From Candidatus Bathyarchaeota archaeon (GTDB taxonomy: Archaea; Thermoproteota; Bathyarchaeia; Bathyarchaeales; Bathycorpusculaceae), in assembly GCA_963826715.1 (NCBI GenBank), contig CAWGYA010000005.1:32001-96000 (forward strand): a stretch of 64,000 bases of DNA, given 5' to 3'. Positions 41,861-50,891 of this stretch are shown one piece after another (positions within the stretch are counted from its first letter, which is position 1; the number at the start of each line of letters is the position of its first letter). The translations under genes were made by a program, and so were the position numbers. Under the pieces are notes generated by a model. It did not search any database, had not been told where the DNA came from, and saw only the letters and a list, made by a program, of their open reading frames with translations.

Positions 41861-42058
41861 ATGCCAATAGTGCAAGTTTCTGTTTGAGAAGGAATGACTC
41901 TTGAGAACAAGAAGAAAACAGTTGAGGGGATAACTAAGGTTTTTGTGGATTTAGGGGTTCCCAAGGCTGCAGTTGAAATTGTTATTATTGAGGCGCCAAA
42001 AAGTAATTGGGCAACTGGTGGGCTACTGCATTCGGAAAGACATGCAGGTACGCCGTAA
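41861..42058 (+). pseudogene. 4-oxalocrotonate tautomerase family gene with in-frame TGA at codon 9 (not in ORF track)
   Basis: MPIVQVSV*EGMTLENKKKTVEGITKVFVDLGVPKAAVEIVIIEAPKSNWATGG...; Pro-1 retained. Confidence 0.82.
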
Positions 42059-42564
42059 CCGCAACAGCTAGCGATGGCACCTATGGAATAAGCCTCAACT
42101 TCAATGTCATTCCAGTGTTAGAAAGTACAGATGTTTTGGGAACAGAAAAGAACAATTTTTCTCCCATTGATACGGTCTATGTGAATGGTCTCGGCTACAG
42201 TGGAAGCTCCGTTAATGTCTATGTTGTAATTCATCAAAGCAACTGGGTGAATCGAGATATATTGGAGGATGTGCGAGGTGCGCCAACTGCAGTTTCGATA
42301 ACTGATGGAGCTTTCGACCATGTGCCGTTGTGGGTTAATCCGGTGCCTGGACTCTATGACATCGTTGCAGACACCAACGGTAATGGCCATTACGATATTT
42401 CCGCCACCGTTTTAGATTCCAAAGACAGCCTCGATGTAACTCCAGGCGGAACAGGAGGTTTCTTCGTAGTGCCAGAATACACCTTAGTTGCGCTCGCGGC
42501 CGTTGCAGCCTGTTTTGCAGCTTTTTTCGCAATTAAAAGACCGCACTTGAAAATTACACAGTAA
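42048..42564 (+). pseudogene. 5'-truncated surface protein with PEF-CTERM-like sorting tail
   Basis: FSPIDTVYVNG, GLYDIVADTNGNG.YD, FFVVPEY + TM + KR; no signal peptide. Confidence 0.6.
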
Positions 42565-43714
42565 TAAAACAAAACGTTTCTTTCTTTTTTTGCCGCTTCC
42601 TTTTTTAGATCATGACTGAATAGAACCAACTCTAACTACGGAATAAGTTATTTGATAGTTAGAAAAGATTTTTCTTAAAAAAACGAGCTGATGAAAGACT
42701 CAATTATTTAGCGACTATCCTTCTTTTTTTGGAACCCACTCTCCCACCAACCATTAGAACTCAAGGAATCAACAATGTCTACCGTTTGCGGATAAAAATC
42801 AGCATCGAATCAACCCTAATATGAAACAAAAAAGCCGACAAAGCCAAGATTCAACCGACAATGGTAAACTGGAATTGGTTCCCTGTGAAGAGATAGAATA
42901 CATATACTTTTTCTTCAGCTCTTCTATGGGATTACATGTGCTCGATGTATAATTTTTCTGGTTCTTGAAAGATAAAATGTTTTTTAACGCACAATACCTC
43001 TGGGCAGCCTTCGCATGACTTGAAGGTGCTTTTTTGGCATGGTAATACGTAGTTGCGGTCCATTGCTTGCTTCACCACCAATCCTGAGAGTTGATGGCTG
43101 GAGATTAAAGCATTATGAATGCAAGATTCAGCTTTCTTTAATCTTAAAAACTATCCTTTGCCGCAATTAAACTAGCTTGAATATAGCGTTACGCTTCATT
43201 GCTTTTGGTAGACTGTTTGTTAGCCCACCTTATCCATGCGTTGGAGCTTGCTTCTTCAGCGATATCAAGAAATGCGGTATCCCCTTTTTAATCGAGCCCT
43301 TGTTTATTATCATATATCCCTCTCTCGAGGTAATATCTCAATTGAGGGTTGTAAAGACTCTATGGAAATCAAAGCAACCCATAAGAGCACAGTAATCTGA
43401 GGTCACATGTGCGGAACTAATGTTTTGAAACGTTTCCAAAACATCTTTTCAATCCAACCATCCCACTTAAAACAAAACCAACCCAAAATCGCCTCTACCA
43501 ACATTACTTTAGGTTATTTTGCGCGCGCTCTTTAGGTACCCTTCCGAATTTATTCGGTAACTGGCTGGGATAGGCGAGATTAAAAAAGCTCTATCTAAAA
43601 AACTCATTAGTGGTTGTTATTTAGCGCTTTTTTATATAAAATGTGCGGCTTTTAAGCGCGCGCGATTGGTTCGAGTATTACTTTTAATGATGATTCCTTT
43701 GTTGGTTCGATTAG

Positions 43715-44008
43715 TATCCAGTAGGTGTACTATTAGTTGGGGGTATTACTATTCTTCCATCTATGGTGGCGTAGGTTAGAACGGTTTGTGATGAGCTATA
43801 GTTGTTGAATGCTAATAAGACTGCTCTGGGGATTTCGTTAACTGCGAAGGATTTTAGCGGAGCCACTGGAACAAGCAACAGTTTGACGTTGTTCCGGGGA
43901 TGGTTGTTCTGGAATATATTAGGCGGTTTGCTTGCACTGGTGGCCTGCTTTGCTGGCTTTATCGCTTTCAAGAAACGCGATATCATTCCAAGCTTCAAAC
44001 GCCCATAA
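43715..44008 (+). pseudogene. C-terminal fragment of a membrane-anchored protein
   Basis: Ends in TM + KKR; upstream frame contains stops. Confidence 0.4.
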
Positions 44009-44147
44009 CATAAAATCAAAATAAACTCAACCCATTTTCTTTTTCTTTCTTTTAATTTTAGCCAAAGTATAGCTGATGAATTAGCAAATCACCAAAAAAC
44101 CCTTCTGCCAAACATGGATAGCAGAAAAACTAGATGATTGATCAAAA

Positions 44148-44570
44148 ATGATTTTTCAGTCTAATCAATCCAAGTTTTCTAAAGGTATGCGTCTCATACT
44201 ATTAGCTGCAAGCATTCTTGTTTTGGCAGCAGGACTTGACCTAACACTTCTAACAGAGCAGACTACCACAAGTTTTGCTTGGACCATACAGTCTTCAATA
44301 ACAGCCAGCCTTCCTCGGTGCGGGTTACCTCGCCAGCTTCTTCTTAGAATTTCTCGCCTATAGGCAAAAGTCATGGACAAACGCCAGGGTTGCTGTACCT
44401 TCAGTTTTCCTATTTACAACTCTGACCTTGGTTGCAACTTTATTGTACTTCGATAAATTTCACTTCAACAGTTCAATACCCTCAGCAATGGGTGTCGCCT
44501 ACCTTTGGCTAGCCATTTACATCGCTGTTCCAATTGCCATGTTAATCCTTCTCATCCACCAAATTAGACT
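44148..44570 (+). pseudogene. Frameshifted, 3'-truncated integral membrane protein
   Basis: FAWTIQSSITA / AFLGAGYLAS...ARVAVPSVFLFTTLTLVATLLYFDKFHF; shift near 44305. Confidence 0.65.
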
Positions 44571-45124
44571 ACAAGATTGCCTGCAGCTATTACGATGCAG
44601 TCACAAGCGGGATTCTTTGGAAAATCCGCAAAAACCACGACCCATCTTACCTAAAATTCAGTCTAGAAATAATTCGCAAGCACAGCGATGAATTCATGTA
44701 TTGGGGAGCCAAACACGTTGACTTTAGCTATGTGGAAAACAAAAAAGCCATGGCAACAGTCTGCTGGTTAGGACAGCTGTTTCTTCATTATGAGGAACCC
44801 AAAACACTATTTGCTAAGATACTAAAAAGCCACGGCGAAACCGTCACACTTTATCCAATCTGGGAAACTGCTGCAACCGTAACCTACGGAGAATCAATTG
44901 AGGTGATGGCTGTTGTTTCCCATCTAAAAGCTGAACAAGTGATGATAGAGGCCGGATACTACCTAAACGATTACCTTGCGCTGTACTCGTTTCTCCCCAT
45001 TCGAGTACATGACAAGATCAAACGACACGGCCAAGACTATGAAGTCCAGACTGTTACACCCTTCACTTTTGGCAATAAACGGATTTACTTCAAAAGTACG
45101 GCTAGGAGGTTACTTGCAAATTGA
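44567..45124 (+). CDS. 5'-truncated protein with C-terminal head-closure/adaptor-like domain
   Basis: Frame open upstream of ATG 44696 (DYKIACSYYDAVTSGILWK...); C-terminus HGETVTL...DKIKRHGQDYEVQTV resembles head-tail joining proteins. Confidence 0.65.
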   Translation, partial: DYKIACSYYDAVTSGILWKIRKNHDPSYLKFSLEIIRKHSDEFMYWGAKHVDFSYVENKKAMATVCWLGQLFLHYEEPKTLFAKILKSHGETVTLYPIWETAATVTYGESIEVMAVVSHLKAEQVMIEAGYYLNDYLALYSFLPIRVHDKIKRHGQDYEVQTVTPFTFGNKRIYFKSTARRLLAN

Positions 45125-46137
45125 GCGAACTGGAGAATCCTGTCGTTACCATTCTGCGTTTAATTGACTCTCGTCTCAGAACAGTCAAAGACGACGGAGG
45201 CTTAGCCCGCGTTTTATGCTCTCAAGCCAACTACGATAACGAATTGCTCAAAGACTACGACGCCCAAATTACCGTTTCCAAAACCTCTGACCCATGTCAA
45301 CAACAAAAACACACCCTGGATGGACGACTGAGGCGCCGCATGTATTCTCTTCGGGCAACTATAACAACTGTAGATAAACTCACTTCAGGTTCTGATGTGG
45401 GCAGAGTCATGCGAGACAAAGTTCTTGAGCAGTTGCTCTTGATTATTCCAGAGAACCGCAACCTGCCAAATAGAACCGTTTTCTATTTTTATTCTCTATA
45501 TGATACTTCTATAACCCACAAAGCCTACGACACTGCCACTATAGCTAAACCAGATCCCTCAAGCGCCCTTTGGGGTGAACTAAATAATACCCAGTATCCC
45601 AAGCTTTGGACAAGCGACGATAATAGACACTCTAAAAGCGCAACTGGACTTAACGAATACGCTTTCATGCTTTTCCGCTTCAAAATAGCATCCAAGCCCG
45701 GAGAGACACGCAATGAGCCTCGCAAACAATGCCTAAAGCAAGTTGTGTTATCCTTTGAGGGCCATGGAACTGCTCCTACTGGAAACGGAGTGACTCTACA
45801 AGTTTGGGATAATACTGCAGGGTCTTGGAGCAATCCTCAAACTGATCTTGGCGCAACAGACGAAACTCTTACCCTCAATTTAACCTCAAACCTTGCGAAC
45901 TATGTTAACCAAGACGGATTTCTCTACCTGATGGCAATGACAACCAATCCATCAGACGGGCTCTCATCTGCAATCCTATTCTGCGATTTCATCCAAGTTA
46001 CAGTCGATGTGAGCGGCATAACCTTCTGCGATATCCACAGCTACCGAGACGTCGACATCGTCGATGTCAAGCCTTTCCTCTACAAAGAAGAAATCCAACT
46101 CGTGGCCTGGCTCTTCGAGTCAGTAGCCATATCATAG
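45121..46137 (+). CDS. Tail terminator/completion-like protein with inserted beta-sandwich domain
   Basis: Directly before the tube gene; N- and C-terminal terminator-like segments flank a ~190-aa beta-rich insert. Confidence 0.55.
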   Translation: MSELENPVVTILRLIDSRLRTVKDDGGLARVLCSQANYDNELLKDYDAQITVSKTSDPCQQQKHTLDGRLRRRMYSLRATITTVDKLTSGSDVGRVMRDKVLEQLLLIIPENRNLPNRTVFYFYSLYDTSITHKAYDTATIAKPDPSSALWGELNNTQYPKLWTSDDNRHSKSATGLNEYAFMLFRFKIASKPGETRNEPRKQCLKQVVLSFEGHGTAPTGNGVTLQVWDNTAGSWSNPQTDLGATDETLTLNLTSNLANYVNQDGFLYLMAMTTNPSDGLSSAILFCDFIQVTVDVSGITFCDIHSYRDVDIVDVKPFLYKEEIQLVAWLFESVAIS

Positions 46138-46149
46138 GTGAAACCAAAA

Positions 46150-47013
46150 ATGGTTGATACATACCACAGCAACCAAGAAAAATTCTACTACATAACCGAA
46201 GCCTCTTTCGGAATTGTCCCAGAGACTCCTGCAATGCTTGGTCAATCCTGCAGCAACATAGACCCCGACATAAACCCAAACAACATACGGGTTCCTGGAA
46301 CAGGATCAATAGATCTCATTGCACTCAAGCGAGGCTTACGACAGCCAAGTTTACGCATCAAATACCCAATTCCTTCAGACGCACCCATTAATTTATTGCA
46401 GCACGCTAAACAAGAGCTAAACAACAGTCTAACCCTCCAAATAATCTACTACAAAGACATTTTCGCCACAGCAGACAGCATCATCAGTCTTCTCTTCAAA
46501 GGTGCTCGCCTCAACAAGACAACCCTAACATGTGACATAGACGGCCTTTTGGAATGCGAAGCAGAATTTCCAGCCCAAGACGTTGAGGTAACCACCGCTA
46601 AAATCGCAAACGCAACCTACACCGATTATGCAGGCGCAGTCTCAGGTATTGAAAGCTATGTCAAAATCGGCGGTGTGCCATGTGAACGGGTTACCTCTTG
46701 GAAACTTTCAATTGATAATTCTTGCAAAGCTGTGCCAGTAGTCCGATCAGCTAATGGGCATTTAGCTAAGTACCTGCCCTGGGGTAAACGGCTGCTGACT
46801 GGCGAGCTCAACTTTGAGTTTGAAAGCAAACAAGAAATCGACGATATCTTCGCAGATACCGAGCAGTCCAGTTTAGAGTTTGGGCTTGGCGGCGGCAACA
46901 AAGTTAGCATAGAGCATGTCAAATGGGACGATTTTAGTTTAAGCGGTAAAGCGGAGGACCTAATCTATGCTAAGGTGCCCTTCACGGCTCGGGGGACGCT
47001 TACAATTTCATAG
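46150..47013 (+). CDS. Phage tail tube (major tail) protein
   Basis: YITEASFGIVP N-terminus, SWKLSIDN, GKRLLTGELNFEF, VPFTA; GGTGA SD before ATG 46150. Confidence 0.8.
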   Translation: MVDTYHSNQEKFYYITEASFGIVPETPAMLGQSCSNIDPDINPNNIRVPGTGSIDLIALKRGLRQPSLRIKYPIPSDAPINLLQHAKQELNNSLTLQIIYYKDIFATADSIISLLFKGARLNKTTLTCDIDGLLECEAEFPAQDVEVTTAKIANATYTDYAGAVSGIESYVKIGGVPCERVTSWKLSIDNSCKAVPVVRSANGHLAKYLPWGKRLLTGELNFEFESKQEIDDIFADTEQSSLEFGLGGGNKVSIEHVKWDDFSLSGKAEDLIYAKVPFTARGTLTIS

Positions 47014-47024
47014 GAGCACTCATA

Positions 47025-47210
47025 ATGACATCTGGAAAAATGAAAGTTTGGTATCTTGCTGGAGCATTAATGAATCGTTTCTATAAACGCATCAGCGCAC
47101 TGCCTGAAAACTTTCAGGAGGCACTATTCGCTGAATTGGAAAGTGCCATGGAAAATCATCTCGAAGTTCTGGAGAAAGTTACCGATGAAGCAAAAAATCG
47201 TAGATATTGA
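47025..47210 (+). CDS. Small helical hypothetical protein
   Basis: 61-aa ORF with GGAG SD between tube and chaperone genes. Confidence 0.55.
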   Translation: MTSGKMKVWYLAGALMNRFYKRISALPENFQEALFAELESAMENHLEVLEKVTDEAKNRRY

Positions 47211-47649
47211 CAATCGATTCGGCGAGGACTACCAGGGTAAATACATCTTCAAAGAGATCACCTGGGCTAAACGCAACCGCATAATCCAAAAACACACCAA
47301 ATACAGCAAACTCTCTGGAGACGTCGAAAACAGCGACTTCATAAGAATTCAAGCGGAGACCATAATCGCCAGCATGCATAGCCAACCAGCAACTAAACCC
47401 ATTACACTTGAGAAACTTATGGGAGAAGACGACGGAATCCCCATAGAGCTTGGAGAAATCTTCTCTAAAGTAGTTAACAGCCTAAATAGCATGGGACACG
47501 AAGATTTGCGTTTTTTACTAGAGCAATTAGACGAGGAAAACCGCATAGCGCTCTTGTCGAGTTTAGGCTATGTCAAAATTTCGGCTGGACCCCAACAGAA
47601 CTCGCCAAGCAACCAGCCAGAACAATCCAGGAGTTCTGTCATATCCTAA
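47185..47649 (+). CDS. Tail assembly chaperone (gpG-like)
   Basis: Lies between tube and tape measure genes; carries slippery T TTT TTA. Confidence 0.75.
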   Translation: MKQKIVDIDNRFGEDYQGKYIFKEITWAKRNRIIQKHTKYSKLSGDVENSDFIRIQAETIIASMHSQPATKPITLEKLMGEDDGIPIELGEIFSKVVNSLNSMGHEDLRFLLEQLDEENRIALLSSLGYVKISAGPQQNSPSNQPEQSRSSVIS

Positions 47650-47714
47650 AGGTGATGGATGAGCTGGCTGAGGAAGAAAAGCAAAAGGCGGAGCGTGAAG
47701 CACGACGGCGATAG
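47185..47714 (+). CDS. gpGT-like product of -1 frameshift at 47511-47517
   Basis: -1 frame reads TRAIRRGKPHSALVEFRLCQNFGWTPTELAKQPARTIQEFCHILKVMDELAEEEKQKAEREARRR*. Confidence 0.78.
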
Positions 47715-47737
47715 AAATAACCTTTGACATTGATGGT

Positions 47738-48073
47738 ATGGAAGAATTCAAGGAAGCTATGCAAAGGATAGATTCAGGTATACAAAGCCAAGTTCACTGT
47801 TTTTTGGCTAGATGGGCTGCCGACGTTAAAGCAGAAGCTATGCGCACAGTTCCAGTTCGAACAGGTTATCTTCAAAGCACAATATATGCAAAAGTTCACG
47901 AATGGATAATTAACATCGGAGCAGATGCTACATATGCCTTGTTTGTTGAATTAGGCACAAAATACATGCAAGCTCATCCCTATCTTTACCCCGCTATCCA
48001 AAAATATCTTCCACAACTCGAATCAGATGTTATCGCTGCTATTGAGCAGGCGAAAGTGGAGGCTGGGCTTTGA
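47738..48073 (+). CDS. HK97 gp10-like tail completion protein
   Basis: VPVRTGYLQSTI, YALFVELGTKYMQAHPYLYPA. Confidence 0.9.
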   Translation: MEEFKEAMQRIDSGIQSQVHCFLARWAADVKAEAMRTVPVRTGYLQSTIYAKVHEWIINIGADATYALFVELGTKYMQAHPYLYPAIQKYLPQLESDVIAAIEQAKVEAGL

Positions 48074-48651
48074 GTTTTCGAGAAATCGCCCTAACCATTA
48101 GAGCTGTGAATAGAGCCAGCAATGAGTTTTCCAGAATCCAAACAGACGCTGAAGCCTTAGCCTCACGGGTCAAAAGCTTAGGATCTACACTAGCCGGGTT
48201 AGGCGCAACTGGAACCGCTATTGGCTATGTCGCTAACCAATTTGGTTTGCTAAACGATTCCGAAATGAAAGTTTTCAACTCTTCAATGATGGTTGTTTCA
48301 GTCATGGGCATGTTTCTGAGAACAAGCACGGGTTTAGCTGTGGCTCAAAAGGTCTATTCTGCGGCTTGCTGGGTAGCAACTGCTTCTCAGAATGCCCTAA
48401 ACATTAGTTACGGAACCTTTCTCGCTCTAACAGGGGTTGGGATTGCTGTTATTGTCTCAGCTGCCGCTGCTATGGCCTATTTTGCAAGCAGTATGAATAA
48501 TGCAACTGCCAGTGTCCAGAGCTTTAACAGTGTCGCTATCCAGGCACCTATTCGCACAAGTAGTATCCAAAGGGCAGGTGAATCCGCCGTTACCGGTTCT
48601 CGAGGCGGCAATTCTTCTGATGCTTCGTTTTACAGGAGGGGCGTGGAGTAA
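48070..48651 (+). CDS. Very short tape measure protein (193 aa)
   Basis: IALTIRAVNRAS N-terminus, Ala/Gly-rich hydrophobic helices, position before hub gene. Confidence 0.72.
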   Translation: MSFREIALTIRAVNRASNEFSRIQTDAEALASRVKSLGSTLAGLGATGTAIGYVANQFGLLNDSEMKVFNSSMMVVSVMGMFLRTSTGLAVAQKVYSAACWVATASQNALNISYGTFLALTGVGIAVIVSAAAAMAYFASSMNNATASVQSFNSVAIQAPIRTSSIQRAGESAVTGSRGGNSSDASFYRRGVE

Positions 48652-50243
48652 TGAGTATAACCCCCCCGATCTTGTCTGTTGCTTTGGGCTCAGTTGGGAT
48701 TTCTCAAGCTGATGTTTTAGAAGCTTTAATTCATCTTGGCGCTACTAAAGAAGTTAGCAGTTGGGGAATTCGCCTGCAAAATTGGGATGGAAAATACAGC
48801 CCAAACGGAACCCACCCGCTCAATGTGGGTCAAGACGGCTACATACGCATTGGCAGAGGCACAAATGTACCCCAAATTATCACTACAAGAACTGAGAGTG
48901 TCAAGTTTCAATCCAGCCCAACCGAACATTACGCCACTGTGTCTGGGCGCTGCTGGGGCGAGAAACTTTTCAGACAAAAGGTCACCAAAGACTACTCAGG
49001 TTTCAAAGGCGAAGATATTGTCAAGGACCTCTTGGATTACTACTCAGGCATAAGCCATGTTCGAGGCACCACAGAGTTAGTCGAAGACACAGACACAACC
49101 TTCACTGACCTAAAACTGCAAGACACCCAAGTTTGGGATATCCTTCAAAAAATCGCCTCTGAGAGCGACAAAAACGGTGTATTGGGCTATGACTTCCGCA
49201 CTACTCCCGATGGCAAGTTCGAGTTCTTTCCAAGAGGCAGCAAAACAAGCCCAATTAGCCTAGCCGAGAAGATCGAAGACTACGAGTATTGCCGAGAAAT
49301 AGTGGCTGTACGAAATAAAGTTACGATCTATGGCGCCGCAGATAAAAGTAACCCGATTGACAAGGACCAAAGTGTTGAGAGTTTGACTCCTGCCTGCGGG
49401 GGCTGGTCTGCCTACATGGGCACATTATCAACTGATGCCACCAAAACCTTCGGAACAGCAACAAGCAGCATAAAGAACGCAACCGGCGCCAACTATGCGG
49501 GCTCAAGTCTCTTCACCCTCAATTCACCAACCAACCTCAACATCTACCCCAAACTTGTTTTGGCGCTGATACGTGATGCCGCAATCAATCCCAGTGGTTT
49601 TGATGTTCTACTGTATGATTCATCTGGAAGGGGCGCTATGCTGGCTTTGCCGAATGTAAGTGAGAATGAGTGGTCTATTTTTTCTCCTAATGTCGGCGAA
49701 GCTTATGCTGGTGAGTGGAATGTTTCTTCAGATTTTAATTGGTCGAGTGTTGTGGGTGTTAGAGTTAATGGTTGGCTTGTTTCACCATCGGTGCCTGGCA
49801 ACATCTGGATGGGGCAACTATACTTCACAGGAGCAAGATATGGCAACATTCAGCAAGATGCGGCTAGCCAAGCAGTCTATGATCTTCGAGAGTTCTTAGA
49901 CATAAACGAGGAACTCTGGAGTGATAACGAGTGCATGCTACACGCAAAGGCAATTCTCGCAAACATGAAGGATCCATCTGATTATATCACGCTAAAAAGC
50001 ACAGTCATTGATTATGGAAATACGCCTCTTTTTGCTGCCGACACGATAGAAGTAGTTCTTCCAAACGAAAACATCAACGGCGACTTCCGCATTCTCAGTG
50101 CCGAATACCACCTTAAGGCTGAGGCTGGCGACTTAGAAATCACCTTGGAGCTTGGACGGGAAAAGACAATGCTCGCGGATTACGTGTACACGCTGCGATC
50201 TAAGGTCGATCGCGTTAATCGGTACAAAATTGCGAGGGTATGA
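48651..50243 (+). CDS. Baseplate hub/Tal-like tail protein with inserted carbohydrate-binding-like domain
   Basis: TVSGRCW..L, DIVKDLL, WDILQKIA, YDFR..PDGKFEF, NKVTIYG, DTIEV...FRILSAEY...TLELG. Confidence 0.75.
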   Translation: MSITPPILSVALGSVGISQADVLEALIHLGATKEVSSWGIRLQNWDGKYSPNGTHPLNVGQDGYIRIGRGTNVPQIITTRTESVKFQSSPTEHYATVSGRCWGEKLFRQKVTKDYSGFKGEDIVKDLLDYYSGISHVRGTTELVEDTDTTFTDLKLQDTQVWDILQKIASESDKNGVLGYDFRTTPDGKFEFFPRGSKTSPISLAEKIEDYEYCREIVAVRNKVTIYGAADKSNPIDKDQSVESLTPACGGWSAYMGTLSTDATKTFGTATSSIKNATGANYAGSSLFTLNSPTNLNIYPKLVLALIRDAAINPSGFDVLLYDSSGRGAMLALPNVSENEWSIFSPNVGEAYAGEWNVSSDFNWSSVVGVRVNGWLVSPSVPGNIWMGQLYFTGARYGNIQQDAASQAVYDLREFLDINEELWSDNECMLHAKAILANMKDPSDYITLKSTVIDYGNTPLFAADTIEVVLPNENINGDFRILSAEYHLKAEAGDLEITLELGREKTMLADYVYTLRSKVDRVNRYKIARV

Positions 50244-50247
50244 CAAA

Positions 50248-50661
50248 ATGAAAACAACTTTAAAAAAATCTATTGAAGATTTAAGTCCAGGGGACTTAAT
50301 ATGCTGCAGCTGGTGCGACGCCTCGGTAGGCAAAAGCAGTGGCTCAGGCATGGCAATTGATGTTCCAGTAAAAAGCTGGGGGGTCTACGTAGGTCTAATC
50401 GGTGAAAAGGTTAAACATATTGTGTTAGCACAAAACAGCTTTCGCTACGCTGACAGCTTATTCGATTTAGACTACACGGCAATTCCTCTTAGCTGGGCAG
50501 TCGAAATCTCAATGCTGGCCAAAGAGCACATCCCCAAAGATTCAGCTAGCAAACTCGTAAATAGCTTCATGATGGGTGGACACCGAGCACTAAGCCGCCC
50601 AAAAATTTCCAGAGCCACCCATTTTCAGCAGAGGCTAAGCATTAATGGCAGACCCAATTAA
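50248..50661 (+). CDS. Hypothetical protein of the tail module
   Basis: GDLICCSWCDAS...VKSWGVYVG...AIPLSW; SH3/Sm-like pattern. Confidence 0.7.
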   Translation: MKTTLKKSIEDLSPGDLICCSWCDASVGKSSGSGMAIDVPVKSWGVYVGLIGEKVKHIVLAQNSFRYADSLFDLDYTAIPLSWAVEISMLAKEHIPKDSASKLVNSFMMGGHRALSRPKISRATHFQQRLSINGRPN

Positions 50662-50887
50662 ACGCGCTTTAACCAGAAGGCGTATGCAAAGAGGGCACCT
50701 CGTAGTTGAGGAACCAAACGAGAAGCTTGTGCTAGGCGTTAAATTCTCAATTATCATGACAGGATTCATGTCAACTCTTGAGATAGCTCACATTCTCATC
50801 TTACACACGTGGAATCCAGAAATATTCGCATCCATTACCGGTCTAAGTGGTACTGTTATAGGCTTATTTGTGGGACAGAAAACATAG
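50645..50887 (+). CDS. Small two-TM protein, holin-like
   Basis: Basic N-terminus, two TM helices, last gene of the module. Confidence 0.55.
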   Translation: MADPIKRALTRRRMQRGHLVVEEPNEKLVLGVKFSIIMTGFMSTLEIAHILILHTWNPEIFASITGLSGTVIGLFVGQKT

Positions 50888-50891
50888 CATT

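Larger units (their letters stand above)
44567..50887 (+). mobile_element. Headless siphovirus-type tail gene module (truncated provirus, GTA-like or tailocin-like element)
   Basis: Nine tightly coupled co-oriented genes including tail tube, G/GT chaperones, HK97-gp10-like, tape measure and hub; no capsid, terminase, portal or integrase in window. Confidence 0.85.

Noticed and set aside
41885-41887. Selenocysteine or genetic-code reassignment at the tautomerase TGA
   Set aside because: Position fits Trp rather than Cys, no convincing SECIS nearby, and TGA is a normal stop in other genes
42932-43063. 43-aa Cys-containing ORF on the minus strand (MDRNYVLPC...)
   Set aside because: Has a GGTGA SD but no recognisable family or paralog; insufficient support
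43518-43665. GCGCGCGCT inverted pair as a MITE
   Set aside because: Low-complexity 9-bp match with no target duplication or second copy
44567-50887. Contractile injection system (eCIS, R-type tailocin) or complete provirus
   Set aside because: No sheath, baseplate wedge, spike or AAA ATPase; no capsid, portal, terminase, integrase or att repeats in the window
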